This document shows, piece by piece, positions 14,170-27,730 of a stretch of DNA of 64,000 nucleotides; position 1 is the stretch's first letter; the number at the start of each line of letters is the position of its first letter. The DNA is from Octopus vulgaris (Eukaryota): the NCBI GenBank assembly GCA_951406725.2, contig OX597815.1, positions 159,030,001 to 159,094,000 of the forward strand. The letters run 5' to 3'. The notes under the pieces were generated by a model. It did no database searches. It worked only from the letters and a program-made list of their open reading frames with translations, and was not told the DNA's origin. Made by a program: the position numbers and the translations under genes.

Positions 14170-14204
14170 GTTTAACGTTTCGAGCAACGCTCTTCTTCAG
14201 AAAC
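14170..14204 (-). ncRNA. Minimal Type I hammerhead motif in a Penelope-derived repeat
   Basis: Minus strand gttt-CTGAAGA-a-gagc-gtt-gctc-GAAA-cgtt-aaac; palindromic ACGU in place of helix III. Confidence 0.65.
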
Positions 14205-14513
14205 AGAGGTAAGTCCAATAGACAGGATGACAGAGGAAGAAAATCGCCAACGATTCACATGTGGTTACGTTAAATACGGATAGAGAGAATCGCATCTTCA
14301 ATTGTAGAATTTCCCTTACAAAGCTGACAATTGTTTCTGTTGTGACAACATATTTAGATATAGAAAATATCGCTGAAAATAATATATCTGAAAATACATG
14401 TTAACACAACGTTTTCAAGGCGATCCAAAATTAATTAAATTCAAATAGTACTTATTTTTTCGCTTGTGGATTTGGTTTGCAAGATTCTTTATATGAGTTC
14501 ATATGTTGAAGCA

Positions 14514-14779
14514 TATTCTGTTGTGTCTGGGAAGAGTCATTTTCTTTTTGTGCCTTATAATTTAACAAACTCATTTCCACTTATTTCCTATTTTTATCCT
14601 CCTAAAATTTTCGTTGCGTCTTGTAACCTTTTCAATAATCTTGACTCAAGACTATTGAAAAGGTTACAAGACGCAACGAAAATTTTAGGAAGATAAAGAT
14701 AAGAAATTAGTGGAAAGTATAGCGAGTATGTTAAATTATAAGGCATAAAAAAATTACTCTCCCCAGACACAACAGAGTA
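14514..14779. repeat. ~266-bp imperfect palindrome (head-to-head Penelope-type terminal repeats)
   Basis: Centre tcttga-c-tcaaga at 14645; arms match out to tattctgttgtgtctggg / cccagacacaacagagta. Confidence 0.9.
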
Positions 14780-15281
14780 CTTATTTTATTGACCCCGAAA
14801 GGATTAAAGGCAAAGTCGACACCGGCGGAATTTGAACTCAGAACGTAAAGACAGGCGAAATACCTATTTCTTTACTACCCACAAGAGGCTAAAAACAGAG
14901 AGGACAAACGAGGACAGACAAACGGATTAAGCCGATTATATCGACCCCAGTGCATAACTGGTACTTAATTTATCGACCCCCGTATGGATGAAAGGCAAAG
15001 TCGACATCGGCGGAATTTGAACTCAGAAAGTAGCGGCAGACGAAATACCTATTTCTTTACTACCCACAAGGGGTTAAACACAGAGGGGATAAACAAGGAC
15101 AGACAAACGGATTAAGTCAATTATATCGACCCCAGTGCGTAACTAGTACTTATTTAATCGACCCCGAAAGGATGAAAGGCAAAGTCGACCTTGGCGGAAT
15201 TTGAACCCAGAACGTAGTAGCAGACGAAATACCACTAAGCATTTTGCCCGACGTGCTAACGATTCTGCCAGCTCACTGCCT
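14776..15281 (-). mobile_element. SINE family A tandem trimer (~180-bp units)
   Basis: Three repeats of gacccc...aaaggcaaagtcgac...ggcggaatttgaa, with one 5' head at ~15281. Confidence 0.85.
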
Positions 15282-15753
15282 TCAGACTTTGAAATATTAG
15301 AAAAGAAATAAACAAAATTGAACATATACTACTTATGCATGTAAACTATGAACAATAAACAAATGTATAATTTAAAAGGCGTAATCAAAGCTTACGTGTA
15401 TTTCTGTACATGCAATAAAGACGACCAATGCATCAGCAGCATTTGGTAGCGTCCGACTGTGTGTATAAATGGATCTGTACTTGTGGTGTACTTAATTTTG
15501 CTAAATCATAGCAAAAGATTGTTGAAAAATGTTATTAGCAAAAGAAAGGGGGTGATAATTAAAACTTTTTATGAAGGGCGCAGGCGTGACTGTTTTGTAA
15601 GAAGCCTGCTTTCCAACTGCATGGTTCCGGGTTCAGTCCTACTGAGTGACACCTTGGACAACTGTCTTCTACTGTAGCTTCCGGCCGACCATAGCCTTTT
15701 GAGTGGATTTGTTAGACCAAAAATGAAAGAAGCTCGTCGTATATGTAAACATA

Positions 15754-16423
15754 CGGGGGCTGGACAAAAAAATGGAAACACCTAGCAAGGTAGCATCATA
15801 ATTTTGAAATATCTATAAAACCGTTAAAAGCTTGTTTATTTTTATGTTTTTTGATTTATTATTAGTGTTGCTTAATATATTTTGCTAAAATTGTTGTTTC
15901 TTTTCAAACATGATCAGAATTAAAAACAGAATTAAAATGACAGATCTATCGAACTTTCAAAGAGGTCAAATTGTTGGTGTTCGTATGGCAGGTGCTAGTT
16001 TACGAAAACAGCCGAAATGTGTGGTGTATCAAGAAGTACTGTCTCGAAAGTAATGACAGCCTTTGAGAAAGAGCGAAATACCTCCTCGCCGAAACAAAAC
16101 TCCGGAAGAAAACCCAAACTTTCAGATAGGGACCGTCGGACTCTTACGCGAATTGTTAGAAAGGATCACAAAAGTACAGCTCCCAAATTTACTACAGAGC
16201 TTAATGACCACCTCGAGAACCCAGTTTCCACAAAAACTGTTCGCCGAGAGCTGCACAAAGCTGGATTTCACAGGAGGGCTGCAATCAGAAAACCAATACA
16301 TTCAAACACAAATGTTGCAAAGCGTTTAGAGTGGAGTGAAAACCTACAGAACTGGTCCTACCCCATATTAAAATAAATTTGTTTGAAATTTTAAGGTGTT
16401 GCCTTTATTTTGTCCAACTCCCT
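15754..16423 (+). mobile_element. Internally deleted Tc1-like transposon (HTH DNA-binding region only) inserted into a family-B SINE
   Basis: TIRs cgggggctggacaaaaaaatggaaacacct / aggtgttgcctttattttgtccaactccct, flanking TA; ATG at 15937 gives MTDLSNFQRGQIVG..., frameshifting into CGVSRSTVSKV...SGRKPKLSDRDRR...TVRRELHKAG; no DDE domain. Confidence 0.88.
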
Positions 16424-16742
16424 TATGTTTATGTGTATGTATATATATATATATATTTGTGTGTGTGTGTCTGTCTGTCTGTCTGTTTGTCTGTCCGTCT
16501 GTCTGTGTTTGTCCATCACCACCACCACAGCTTGACAGCTGATGTTAGGTTGTTTACATCTCCTAGTGTTTTGGCAAAAGAGACCGACAGAATAAATACC
16601 AGGTTTTAAAAAAGCACTGGGGTCTATTTGTTCGACTAAAAACACTTCAAGGCGGTGCCCCAGTATGGCTGCAGCCTAATGAATCAAACAAGTAGAAAAT
16701 GAAAGATAAAAAGACAAGCACCGTTCTAGAGCAATGAAAGTA

Positions 16743-17273
16743 CAGTAATGCCTTGATATACGATTTAATTTGTTCCCGAAAACTCGTAAAGTAATAATTT
16801 CCCATAGTAGCAACGTTATTAATTGTCATTCGTTCCCAGAAAAATATTTTACCTATAAAATTTATAATACTCGTAAACAAATCGCAATAAAACAACAGTA
16901 GAATGGAAAGAATATTTTATGTAAAATGAAAAGAATTTCAAGATCATTTATAATAAAAAATATTATTATTATAATCGAATTTCTGAATCACTTTCACCCA
17001 TACAAGACTCGCACACATCATCACTTGTAGACACGATTGCCAATTCACAAGCACTCGTAGACGGACTTGTAGACTTCTTTTTAAAAAACAAGTCTAGAGT
17101 TGCTTGCTTAGAAGCTTTTCTTCGCTCTTTATAAATTTCTCGGTAACACGCCCAAGCATTTGTTACAGTAGTAGAAACTTTTGCACTTTGTTCAAAATTT
17201 ATATTTATCATAAAATAAAACACGTTAACCCGGGGTCTCGTACAGCGGATCCTCGTAAACTGAGATATTACTG
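16743..17273 (-). mobile_element. Tigger/pogo-like non-autonomous DNA transposon with transposase C-terminal remnant
   Basis: TA|cagtaatgccttgatatacga ... tcgtaaactgagatattactg|TA; minus ORF contains CYREIYKERRKASKQATLDLFFKK, typical of Tigger C-termini. Confidence 0.75.
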
Positions 17274-18107
17274 TATTTGTTATGAAAACCTGTAGAAAAA
17301 AAATTAGGTTCATATTGTATGTTTTCTAGAGCTCGAGCGTTTTTTTAACTGCTTTCTCGCCCATTACGGGGGCTTATATTTTGTTTTATATGCATGTCTA
17401 TGATAGACATTCTTAATGTAAATTTCCTCTGTCTGTGGTTTGTCCATTTAATTGATTTAAGATCTTCGTTTCATGAGAGTTTTCTGTCTCTGCAAATGGG
17501 GTTCTTGTAAACGTTATCCTACCCCTTTCTACGTATTCACTACCAATAGCTTACATTGGTATTATTAAAATATTAATTACTTTAGTTTTAATATCATTTA
17601 TTTAGCATAGGGAAAAGTTTTGGTTAGTTCAGCTGATAGATAACATCTTTCTTAATTTCCACAGTTATATACATACATATATACATACATATGTATAAAT
17701 ATATATAAATATATATTACACACACACACACATTTATATATAAATACATACACACATACGCACACACTTACACACACATACACACATAAACAACTCCCCA
17801 CATAGATATACGTGTGTGTGTGTGTGTGTACGTACCAATGTATGCATGTATGTATGTGTATGTATTTATGAGCGAGTGTGTGCGCATTGCGTGCGTGCGC
17901 GTTTGTGCATATTCGCATGCGTGTGTACTTTTATTCTGTCAGCACCAAGTCTTGAAATCGCTTTGCAAATTACCATTTCCTTTTTAACCAGAATTTATTA
18001 CCTTATCTAAACACACTCATTTTACATCAATTCATTCAGGTTTTTTTTCCTTAAAGAAGACACGTAAAATATGTTAGAGTTTGTAGATTTGCTTTAAATA
18101 CTCTTTC

Positions 18108-18324
18108 TCTCTTTTTTTTTTACTCTTTTTACTTGTTTCAGTCATTTGACTGCGGCCATGCTGGAGCACCGCCTTTAGTCGAGCAAATCGACCCCGGGAC
18201 TTATTCTTTGTAAGCCCAGTACTTATTCTATCGGTCTCTTTTGCCGAACCGCTAAGTGACGGGGACGTAAACACACCAGCATCGGTTGTCAAGCAATGCT
18301 AGGGGGACAAACACAGATACACAA

Positions 18325-18357
<33 letters not shown>

Positions 18358-18528
18358 CATATATACGACAGGCTTCTTTCAGTTTCCGTCTACCAAATCC
18401 ACTCACAAGGCATTGGTCGGCCCGGGGCTATTGCAGAAGACACTTGCACAAGATGCTGCGCAGTGGGACTGAACCCGGAACCATGTGGTTGGTTAGCAAG
18501 CTATTTACCACACAGCCACTCCTGCGCC
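18108..18528 (-). mobile_element. SINE family B, full length
   Basis: Reverse complement of the 10969-11382 element. Confidence 0.9.
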
Positions 18529-19438
18529 TAGGAGAATAATTTTTTATAAAGTCAAATAAAACTTTGACCGAATATTTCTGTCATTGTTGCAAGAATTATG
18601 AAGGGTTTTCCATATAAAGCAGTATGTAAGTGTGAGAGAACAACTATTGTGAAAATTTGCCAGCAACTGTGCGTGTGTGACAATGTGTGTGTGCTTGCTG
18701 CATGTTGGGTTTGGGTATTTCCGGTACTGTAAAATACTAAAGCGTAAAGTCTTACTCTTTTTACTCTTTTACTTGTTTCAGTCATTTCACTGTGGCCATG
18801 CTGGAGCACCGCCTTTAGTCGAGCAAATCGACCCCAGGACTTATTCTTTGTAAGCCTAATACTTATTCTATTGCTCTCTTATGCCGAATCGCATTGGTAT
18901 CAATGGGGTTAAGAGTTGAGAGATTCATATTAATTTCTTACCATGTTTCTGTTAAGCTATACTGCTTTTGCTTCAAATAAATTTGAAAACAATGAATAAT
19001 TCAATAACAGCAATTTTAAAATTGGATATATCGGAATATAAATTAACTCTTTACTCTCTTTTACTTGTTTCAGTCATTTGATTGTGGCCATGCTGCAGCA
19101 CCGCCTTTAGTCGAGCAAATCGACCCCAGGACTTATTCTTTGTAAGCCTAGTACTTATTCTGTTACGGGGACGTAAACACACCAGCATCGGTTGTCAAGC
19201 GATGTTGGGGGAGGGGGGCGAACACAGACACACAAACGTATACACACACATACATACATACATAGTAGAAGACACTTGCCCAAGGTACCACGCAATGGGA
19301 CTAAACCCAGAACCATGTGGTTCGTAAGCAAGCTAGTTGTATAAAAAAATTCATGTTCCTTGTGAAGCTATTTATATAATGACCGTCAAGTTCAGTTTCA
19401 TACTCTTAAGTTTAATAAAGCAATAGAATTCTTGACAG

Positions 19439-19511
<73 letters not shown>

Positions 19512-20227
19512 TATATATTGGCCGAATACAAAGTAAAATTGCCATTATCTGAAAATCTGGGATGTCTTAAAAAGAAATGAGATTATCATTATAGGTAAAA
19601 TACACATTTGGTTTAATAATCAAAATTTAAAAAATAACAAAAAAAAAAATGCTGCAAAATATGTGCTGAAAGGAAATCGATATAAAAAAAAACGTTAAAA
19701 AAAACTAAACGTCTATAAAAAAAAAAAAATGCAATGATTTTCTGTTTGTATTTTTGTATACAGTGGATCAATGCTTTCTTATTAAGCCCAGAACATCTAC
19801 TTTCTTATAATGATTTCATCGACGACAATCGAAGCTCATATGTCACGAGTTGGTGTATATATATAGCAAATTTTCACACTTCTAAAGAGCTCATATTATA
19901 TGATAATTGATTAAAGATTGTTTCTGGAACTAAAAATCTATCTTGCAGGCTTTGATTTTGTTTCCAGTATCTAATGTAGTTTGTTATAAATAAACATTAA
20001 TATTTTCTTATTAAACTTGATTGTCTTTCAGATATGTTTGACTGAAAAATATACCCGATGTTGAAATTATCTTTATTCCACTGAGATTTAAACAAGCGCA
20101 AACGGATGAAGAAACGGAATTGTACATAATGTGAGTGGTAAATATGCTAATGTAGGATGTATGTTTGTACACTTATACATTGCAAGTACTGAGAGGTTTT
20201 ATCCCCACTTAAACAATCTAAACTTCG

Positions 20228-20456
20228 ATGAGAGAAATTATCCTATTGGCTTTTGGTGCAAAATGCAATCTTGTTTATAACTCTTGTTGGGAGATAAATC
20301 CCCGCCATCTCCAGCGCCGAGACCACCAGTTCACGTGATTTCGACTTTCATTGGTCTCGTCAATGATGGACACCCGACTGCTAGAGATAGCAGCGACTCA
20401 TCTGCCCGCTAGCGATATATAGAAAAGTAATACCAGAATAGGTGATTAGCCGGTGG

Positions 20457-20494
<38 letters not shown>

Positions 20495-20760
20495 CAACAT
20501 AGACAGTTTTGATACTGGGAGGTTATATGCCCACTTTAACGTGGATGTTCAGTTAGAATAAACCATACTGCGGTAGTTACCATGAGAGAAGATCTCATAT
20601 TGGCTTTTGGTGCAAAATGCACTCTTGTATTATATCTCTAGCGGGTAGATAAATCCATGCAACCTCCAGGGCCGAGACCGCCAGTTCACGTGATTTCGAC
20701 CTTGCTTGGTTTCGGCAGTGATGGACGCTCGACTTCTAGTGATAACAGTGACTCATCTCC
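20228..20760 (-). repeat. Two diverged ~175-bp direct repeats, each with a hammerhead-like motif (Penelope pLTR-like)
   Basis: Copies at 20228-20403 and 20582-20758; minus strand catca-(T/C)TG(A/C)CGA-(g/a)acc...gtc-GAAA-tcacgtga-AC-tgg(t/c)g. Confidence 0.65.
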
Positions 20761-21616
20761 TCCATTGTAGGTACTGTAAAGAAGAGCTGAAATCATAACT
20801 AACAGAGTCAGAAATCTAGTTTGATTCTCGTTCATATCTTTTCATTTCACTCACGTTCTTAATACTTTGAGAAAGCAGTGAATACCACGTAATTGAATTT
20901 CTCTTCCCTTTAAATTAAAGACCATTTTACAGATGAAAGTAATCAATGTAGGCTGTGTGGTAACTTGTTTACCAAGCACATGGTTCTGGTTCAGTCCCAC
21001 TGCGTGGCACCTTGGGCAAGTGTCTTCTACTATAGCTTCGGGCCGACCAAAGCCTTGTGAGTGGATTTGGTAGACGGAGACTGATAGAAGCCCGTCGTAT
21101 ATATGTATATATATATATATATGTATATGTGTGTGTGCGTGTATGTTTGTGTTTGTCCCCCTAGCATTGCTTGACAACCGATGCTGGGGTGTTTATGACC
21201 CGTTACTTAGCGGTTCGGCAAAAAGAGACCGATAAAATAAGTACTGGGCTTACAAAAGAATAAGTCCCGGGGTCGAGTTGCTCGATTAAAGGCGGTGCTC
21301 CAGCATGGCCGCAGTCAAATGACTGAAACAAATAAAAGATTAAAAGAAAAGATTAAAGAATGTATATTGAGAACAACACTGAAATATTTCCACAAGCTCA
21401 AACATTATAGCCAAGTTCTGTCGCTTATAAGATACAGGGTGGAGGGGGACTGTAAGCGCAAGAGTGGCTGTGTGTGTAAGATACTTGTTTCCCGGCCATT
21501 TGGTCCTAGGGTTAGTCCACTGTTCGACACCTTGGGCAAGTATCTTCTGTTATAGCCCCGGGCTGACCATAGCTTTCTGAATAGATTTGGTAGGCGGAAA
21601 CTGAAAGTTCATCGTA

Positions 21617-21660
<44 letters not shown>

Positions 21661-22054
21661 CGTGTGCGCGTGTGTGCGTGTGTATGTGGATGCGTGTGTG
21701 TGCATGTGTGTGTGCGTGTATCTTTAGCTTTGTGCTGTGTTTGTCTCTCAGTACCGCTTGGCAATCGGTGTAGGTTTGTGTACGTCCCGTGATTTAGCGG
21801 TTTGGTAAAAGTGACCGGTAGTATAAGTTTTAGACTTTGAAAATAGGTACTGGGATCGATATGATCGAGTAAATTCCTCAAGGTGGTACCCTAGTATGGG
21901 TGCAGTTCAATGACTGAAACAAGTAAAAGATGAAAAATAAACAATATGAGATCCTTCAAGAATATTTTCTAGTATAAGAATATATTTCTTCAAGAATATA
22001 TTTCTAGTGAATTTTAGTGCTTATAAATCTAATATTTTCCTATCCTTCCTTAAT

Positions 22055-22726
22055 ACCGGTTCCCATATGCTCTTCGACAGAAAGGAACACAGAAATAAAC
22101 AGGAAGAGAAAATAAAAAAGGTTTAGTGTCTAGCCATCTATTATGGCGATTACCAGACAGAGGGGTTACACAAGAGAGCTAGGAAGAAGGGGAGATAATA
22201 AAGTAGTGGTGATCCGAAAACGAAGGTGCGCGTGCGTGTGTATGTGAGAGCCTGTATGTGCGTATGGAAGGGGGATGGTGATCTAGACGTGTGCGTGCGT
22301 GCATGTGTAGGTGTGTGGATGATGGTGTGGGTGCTGGGAAATGGTCAGTGCTACAGTGCGCAGGGTGGTGTGTAGTTTGGAATGGTGGTGTGGGGTGGTG
22401 TGTGGAGTGGTGTGGTGGTTTCGTGGTGTATGGGGTGTGGAGGAGTGGAGAGTGTGGAAAGCAAGGGTGGGGTGGGGTGGGATGTATAGGGATGGTGGGG
22501 TTCGAATGTGTAACGAGGGAGGGGTGACGATGAAGGGAGAGGGTGGAAGGGAGAAGGTGCGTAGGAGTGAAGAGGAGAAGTAGGTAACAGAGGAAGAAAG
22601 GAGAGGCGGGTGGGAGGAAGTAGATGTGAGAGGAAGAGAGGAGAGAGGAGGATGGTTAGATAAAGAGGGGAGAAGAGTTAAGCCCATATGGTGCAATAGA
22701 GCAAAGAGAGATTAATCTCTGTTCAC
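22055..22726 (-). mobile_element. Penelope-like element 3' fragment (GIY-YIG C-terminus, pyrimidine-rich 3' region, partial hammerhead)
   Basis: Minus translation [16 protein letters not shown] resembles the PLE C-terminal E...I..L.T..P.GLN motif; gctcttcgacagaaag at ~22069 is half of the recurrent hammerhead. Confidence 0.6.
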
Positions 22727-22728
22727 AT

Positions 22729-22833
<105 letters not shown>

Positions 22834-22916
22834 TACATATCGTTTTCTTTTGCCGAACCGCTAAGTTACGGGCGCGTAAGCACATCATCGGTTGTCAAGT
22901 GATGGTTGGGGTCACA

Positions 22917-22980
<64 letters not shown>

Positions 22981-23706
22981 CGACGGGCTTCTTTCAGTTT
23001 CCGTTTACCAAATCCATTCACATGGCGTTGGTCGGTCGGAGGCTACAGCAGAAGAAACTTGCCCAAGGTGCCATGCTGTGAGGCTGAACCCGGAACCATG
23101 TGGTTGGGAAGCAAGCTCCTTACCAAGCTGAAAGCATGTGTATGAGTGAGTTTGTGAGTGAGGGAGTGAAAGGAGTGAGAGAACGAAAGGGGGGGGAGAG
23201 GTGTACACAGCTGAACAGTATAACTTTCTTTATTCGCACGTAATATCTCTCATTGCTTCAATATGTTGTTAAACTTACTTGAAAAGTTCCCGTGCTATAT
23301 GTATGTAGGCGCTGAAAAATCACTGAATATGAATTATAGATACATTATTATAGCAATATTTGAAGACACCCATCAATAATCGTCCTTTTTCTGTTTGTTT
23401 CTGTCAATATATTATGTGTGTGTGTGTTTGTATTTATGTGTTTTCGTCATAGTGGGCCGGTTCTATACATATGTTGTATGTATGTGTGTGTGCGTGTACA
23501 TAAATATATGTACACGCACACACACACACACACATATATATATACATACATACATACATACATACATACATACAAATGTATATATGTACATTTATATATA
23601 TATATATATCCACACAAATTATATATATATATATATATATATAGCATATCATATATATTGTATACCCTATGTATAGAAATTGCAAGATCTCCTATACATA
23701 TAGCTA

Positions 23707-23741
<35 letters not shown>

Positions 23742-23761
23742 GAGTGTGTGTATATATATGC

Positions 23762-23805
<44 letters not shown>

Positions 23806-23846
23806 GTGTGTGTTTATATATGCATATGTGTGTATATGTGTGTATG

Positions 23847-23899
<53 letters not shown>

Positions 23900-24215
23900 G
23901 CGCACACGCACACACACATATGCTTACATACGTTCTTATGTACAAGTCATTTTAATGTCATGACCAGGGCCTGAAGAATATTTTTAAAATATATTTGAAA
24001 AAGTCACGTAGGAATTGGTTACGATATCTCATCTTTCAGGAAGAAAATTCTACAGACACAGAGCAATATTTAGACAGATTTCAGAATTTCTTCACCTTTA
24101 AACTTTACTGATAGATAATTCTAGATATAAGAAAAAAAATTTAAATCCCGTGAATGATGTTTCATGTTTAAAGTGTCTAACAGTTGACAAGATGTGGCTT
24201 CGCTACACTACTTCG

Positions 24216-24277
24216 ATTTCATTCAAGAGCATTTCATTCAAGAACATTTCATTCAAGAACATTTCATTCAAGAACAT
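24216..24277. repeat. 15-bp minisatellite (atttcattcaagaac), ~4 units
   Basis: Direct tandem units with no spacers. Confidence 0.9.
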
Positions 24278-26169
24278 TCATATCTCTTATTGAACAGGCA
24301 TTTTTCTCTTGTCAAATATCAACGTATTTATTTGTTTAAATTAACAGAAAAACGGTAGAGCACCGGAAATACATGTGTTGTAGAATTTAGTTAAAGTTAC
24401 GTCGATTTACATCCTGACTTTCAAATCCCGCCAGGATCAACTCTGCATTCCGTCATACTGGTATCAATGAAATAACAACCAGTGAAATGCTGGTGTTAGT
24501 TCAATTGGTTGCGCCTTTCCATTACTTCATCATGAGACATAGCTAATCAATTCTTTTCGTCGATGGGGATTTTGAGAGCTGGACAGGTTGTTTGAATGAA
24601 TTTTGTATATTCTCTAAAACTTTCTATAATCATGCAACTCCCAGAAAAAGTCACATGGAATTACGTCGCAGATATCGTATTATTGATCCTGTATACATGC
24701 GTTGCACTGTCGGTTGTTTATTTTACTGTGATCAATCAAGAATTTTAAAATTTGAAGGTTATGAAATCTAACTTCCATATTCTTCGGAACTTAAAATCTT
24801 GTATAGTTAGTTCGGTAAGAATATTCAGATAACGTTATTATTAGCTTCGTGTAAGGCGGCGAGCTAGCGGAATCGTTAGTACACCAGACAAAATTCTTAG
24901 CGGCATTTCGTCCGTCTCTACGTTCTGAGTTCAAATTCCATCGAGACCGGCTTTGTTTTTCATCCTTACGTGGTTGATAAAATAAGTATCAGTTGTGTAG
25001 TTAGATCGATGTAATTGACTTACCCTACTCCCGAATTTGCTGGCTTTGTGCCAAAATTTGAAAGTATTATTAGCGTCTTCATTTGTGGTCTATAAATAAC
25101 ATCATTGAATTAATATTGGTACTTTTTGGTTATCTCACCCCCATTAAAAAATTGCCATTAAAAAATTGGGTTATCTCCCCACTAAAAAATCGAGTTAATA
25201 TGGCGACAAGAAATTGGATTAAAATAGTTAGATCCTTTTGATTCAATACTTCAACACATTGTTAACGTCTGGCCTCCTCAATAGGCATAGTATGATTTGT
25301 TATAAAAATATTATAAGATTCAGTAAGATAATTTTTTCAGTTTTCATGTTCATTTTTCCATTTTTATGTTTTAGAAGACAAATTTAAAGGTCATCCTGAA
25401 AATTATTGTTATATCAGACAGATATCTCTGTCTCTATGCAGATGTTCGACAATGCGTCTATACTACATGATAATATTTCAACATTACCACGACCAACACA
25501 CTCGAATTCTTTTGAATCACAGTAAAGTCTAATAGTGTTAGAGGAACTTAACAAAATACATTCATTTCCCAAATTAATGAGTATTTGGCCAAATGCAGTA
25601 CTAAGTATGTTGTAACTGCTGGCTTTGCTGTGTATAGAGTCAAACATGAGAGTGACTTATGTTTCATGCAGAACATCTCTTACGTTGTAGACAATTCCTT
25701 ATGGAAAAAGAAGAAGCTGTCGCAGGAGATTTTCCTAATCTAACAGTGTTCACCGAAACTGCTTTTGTATTCTAATTTCTTTACTGGATAAGATAACATG
25801 AAGGTGCGTGGCTTTGGATCATTCGACTCAAGATCGTGGGTTTGGTTCCTGGCGGCGCGTTGTGTCCTTGAGCAAGGCACTTTATTTCACGTTGCTCCAG
25901 CCCACTCAGCTGGCAAAAGTGAATAGTACCTGTAATTCAAAGGGCTGGCTTTGTCATTGTGTCAAAGTAACGCAACTTGAGAATTGACTTAAATGCATAC
26001 GACATTGTGAAATACACGGCTATTTACTCGCTACTTCAAGTAGTAGATTATGTTGATCGAGCAACTGAAATCAATGGAAATCCACCGTATTTCCATATGA
26101 TTCTCATATATTTTACATATGAGTTATCGGTTATTTAGTGCTAACAAAGGAAGCCACTCTCTCTCTCTT

Positions 26170-26236
<67 letters not shown>

Positions 26237-26237
26237 T

Positions 26238-26272
<35 letters not shown>

Positions 26273-27130
26273 ATCAATGTCTAATGTAGCGAGGGTTCCC
26301 ATCTCATTCTTAAGTAAATCAAAAATTAAAATCTTAGCCATTAATTTATATTTCACTCATAGATCTTTTCACGTATTGGTTTCAGATTTTGGCACCAGGC
26401 CGGCCATTTCAGGAGAGGGTGTAAGTCGACCTCATTGTTCAACTGGTACTTATTTTATCGGTCACAAAAAGATAAAAGGCAAAGTCGACATCGGCGGAGT
26501 TTGAACTCAGAACGTAAAGACGGACGAAATGCCGCTAATAATTGTTACCGGCATACTAACGATTCTGGTATCTCGCCGCCTTATAGGTCTTTTTACATAT
26601 TGACCCCTTATACGTAAGGATACTCGATCGTCTACCAACACAATCAAATAAGATTTATTAAAACTTGAACGTCTAATGTTTCAGATTCCAGTCTGCAATC
26701 ACGTCCGGTTCAAAGGTGAAGTAGGGCTTTAAGTAGATGGAACCGAAATTTTATTTCCGTCTCCCTCAAATTTAACACTGACCACAGCGTAGGCTGCAAC
26801 AATAACGAAGTCTGGGTGTTAATGGTGAAACTTGAAACCAAACCTTTTTATTTGCAATCATTTCGTTATCCAGCAGGAAGCACAGTAATCTGGTACATCG
26901 TTAGTTAAATGTTTTCTTTCGAATTTTTTTTTCTCTCGTGATATTATTTCGTGTTTTCTGTTGAGAATTTCCTTTTCCTCCAGACAGGCAGGTTATATGT
27001 CTCCTGTAAGCACATAGGCTCTATTTTATTTTCATTTCCTTTCTCTTATAAACTAATTCCCTTTTGCCAAGGTCAGAAACCAATATTATTTATTTATGAC
27101 GGAGAGCGCTTCAAAGAAAGAAAACAAATC

Positions 27131-27161
<31 letters not shown>

Positions 27162-27730
27162 ATCTGATTTCGGTGAGCCAAAGTTACAACCGGGTTTCGA
27201 TTCCTGAGCAATTGAAGCGTTTTCACTTACTTTGCTAAAGCTCTTTAGGAAGGAATGAAAGACTCAGTTTCTCATTTCCACTCACATAAAACACATGATT
27301 GGTGGTAAGTAAAACAGAATGCAATATAAAATAATGGTGAGCATCATAATGAGGAGAAGTAAACTCCCGACGAGTCGAGATCGCAATCGTTTTCTATTTT
27401 GTGGTCGCGTTAATTATAAATATAAAATCAGTAATGAATCTACTGTTAATATATAATTTTATGCAAAAAGGCAGCGAGCTGACAGTATCATTAGCATGCA
27501 GTCCAAACTACTTAGCGGCATTTCAGCCTTCTTTATATTCTGAGTTCAAATTCCGCCGAGGTCGAGATTACCTTTTATCCTTTCGCAGTCGATAAAATAA
27601 GTACCACTTGAGCACTGGTGTTGATATAATCGATTTACATCTTCCCTCGAAATGTCAGGCCTTGTACCTATAGTAGAAAGGAATATATCATTTTACACAA
27701 AATTTTATTTGCTTCTACTGTTTTCAAATA

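Noticed and set aside
16017-16376. Active Tc1 transposase
   Set aside because: Frameshift near the N-terminus and no DDE catalytic domain.
22300-22660. G-rich tract as an independent G-quadruplex regulatory element
   Set aside because: It is the low-complexity 3' region of the Penelope fragment on the minus strand.
24216-24277. Short direct repeats as a possible CRISPR array
   Set aside because: Head-to-tail 15-mers with no unique spacers, no cas genes, eukaryotic context.
25414-25647. 77-aa unique-sequence ORF as an exon
   Set aside because: No recognisable domain and no convincing paired splice sites in either orientation.
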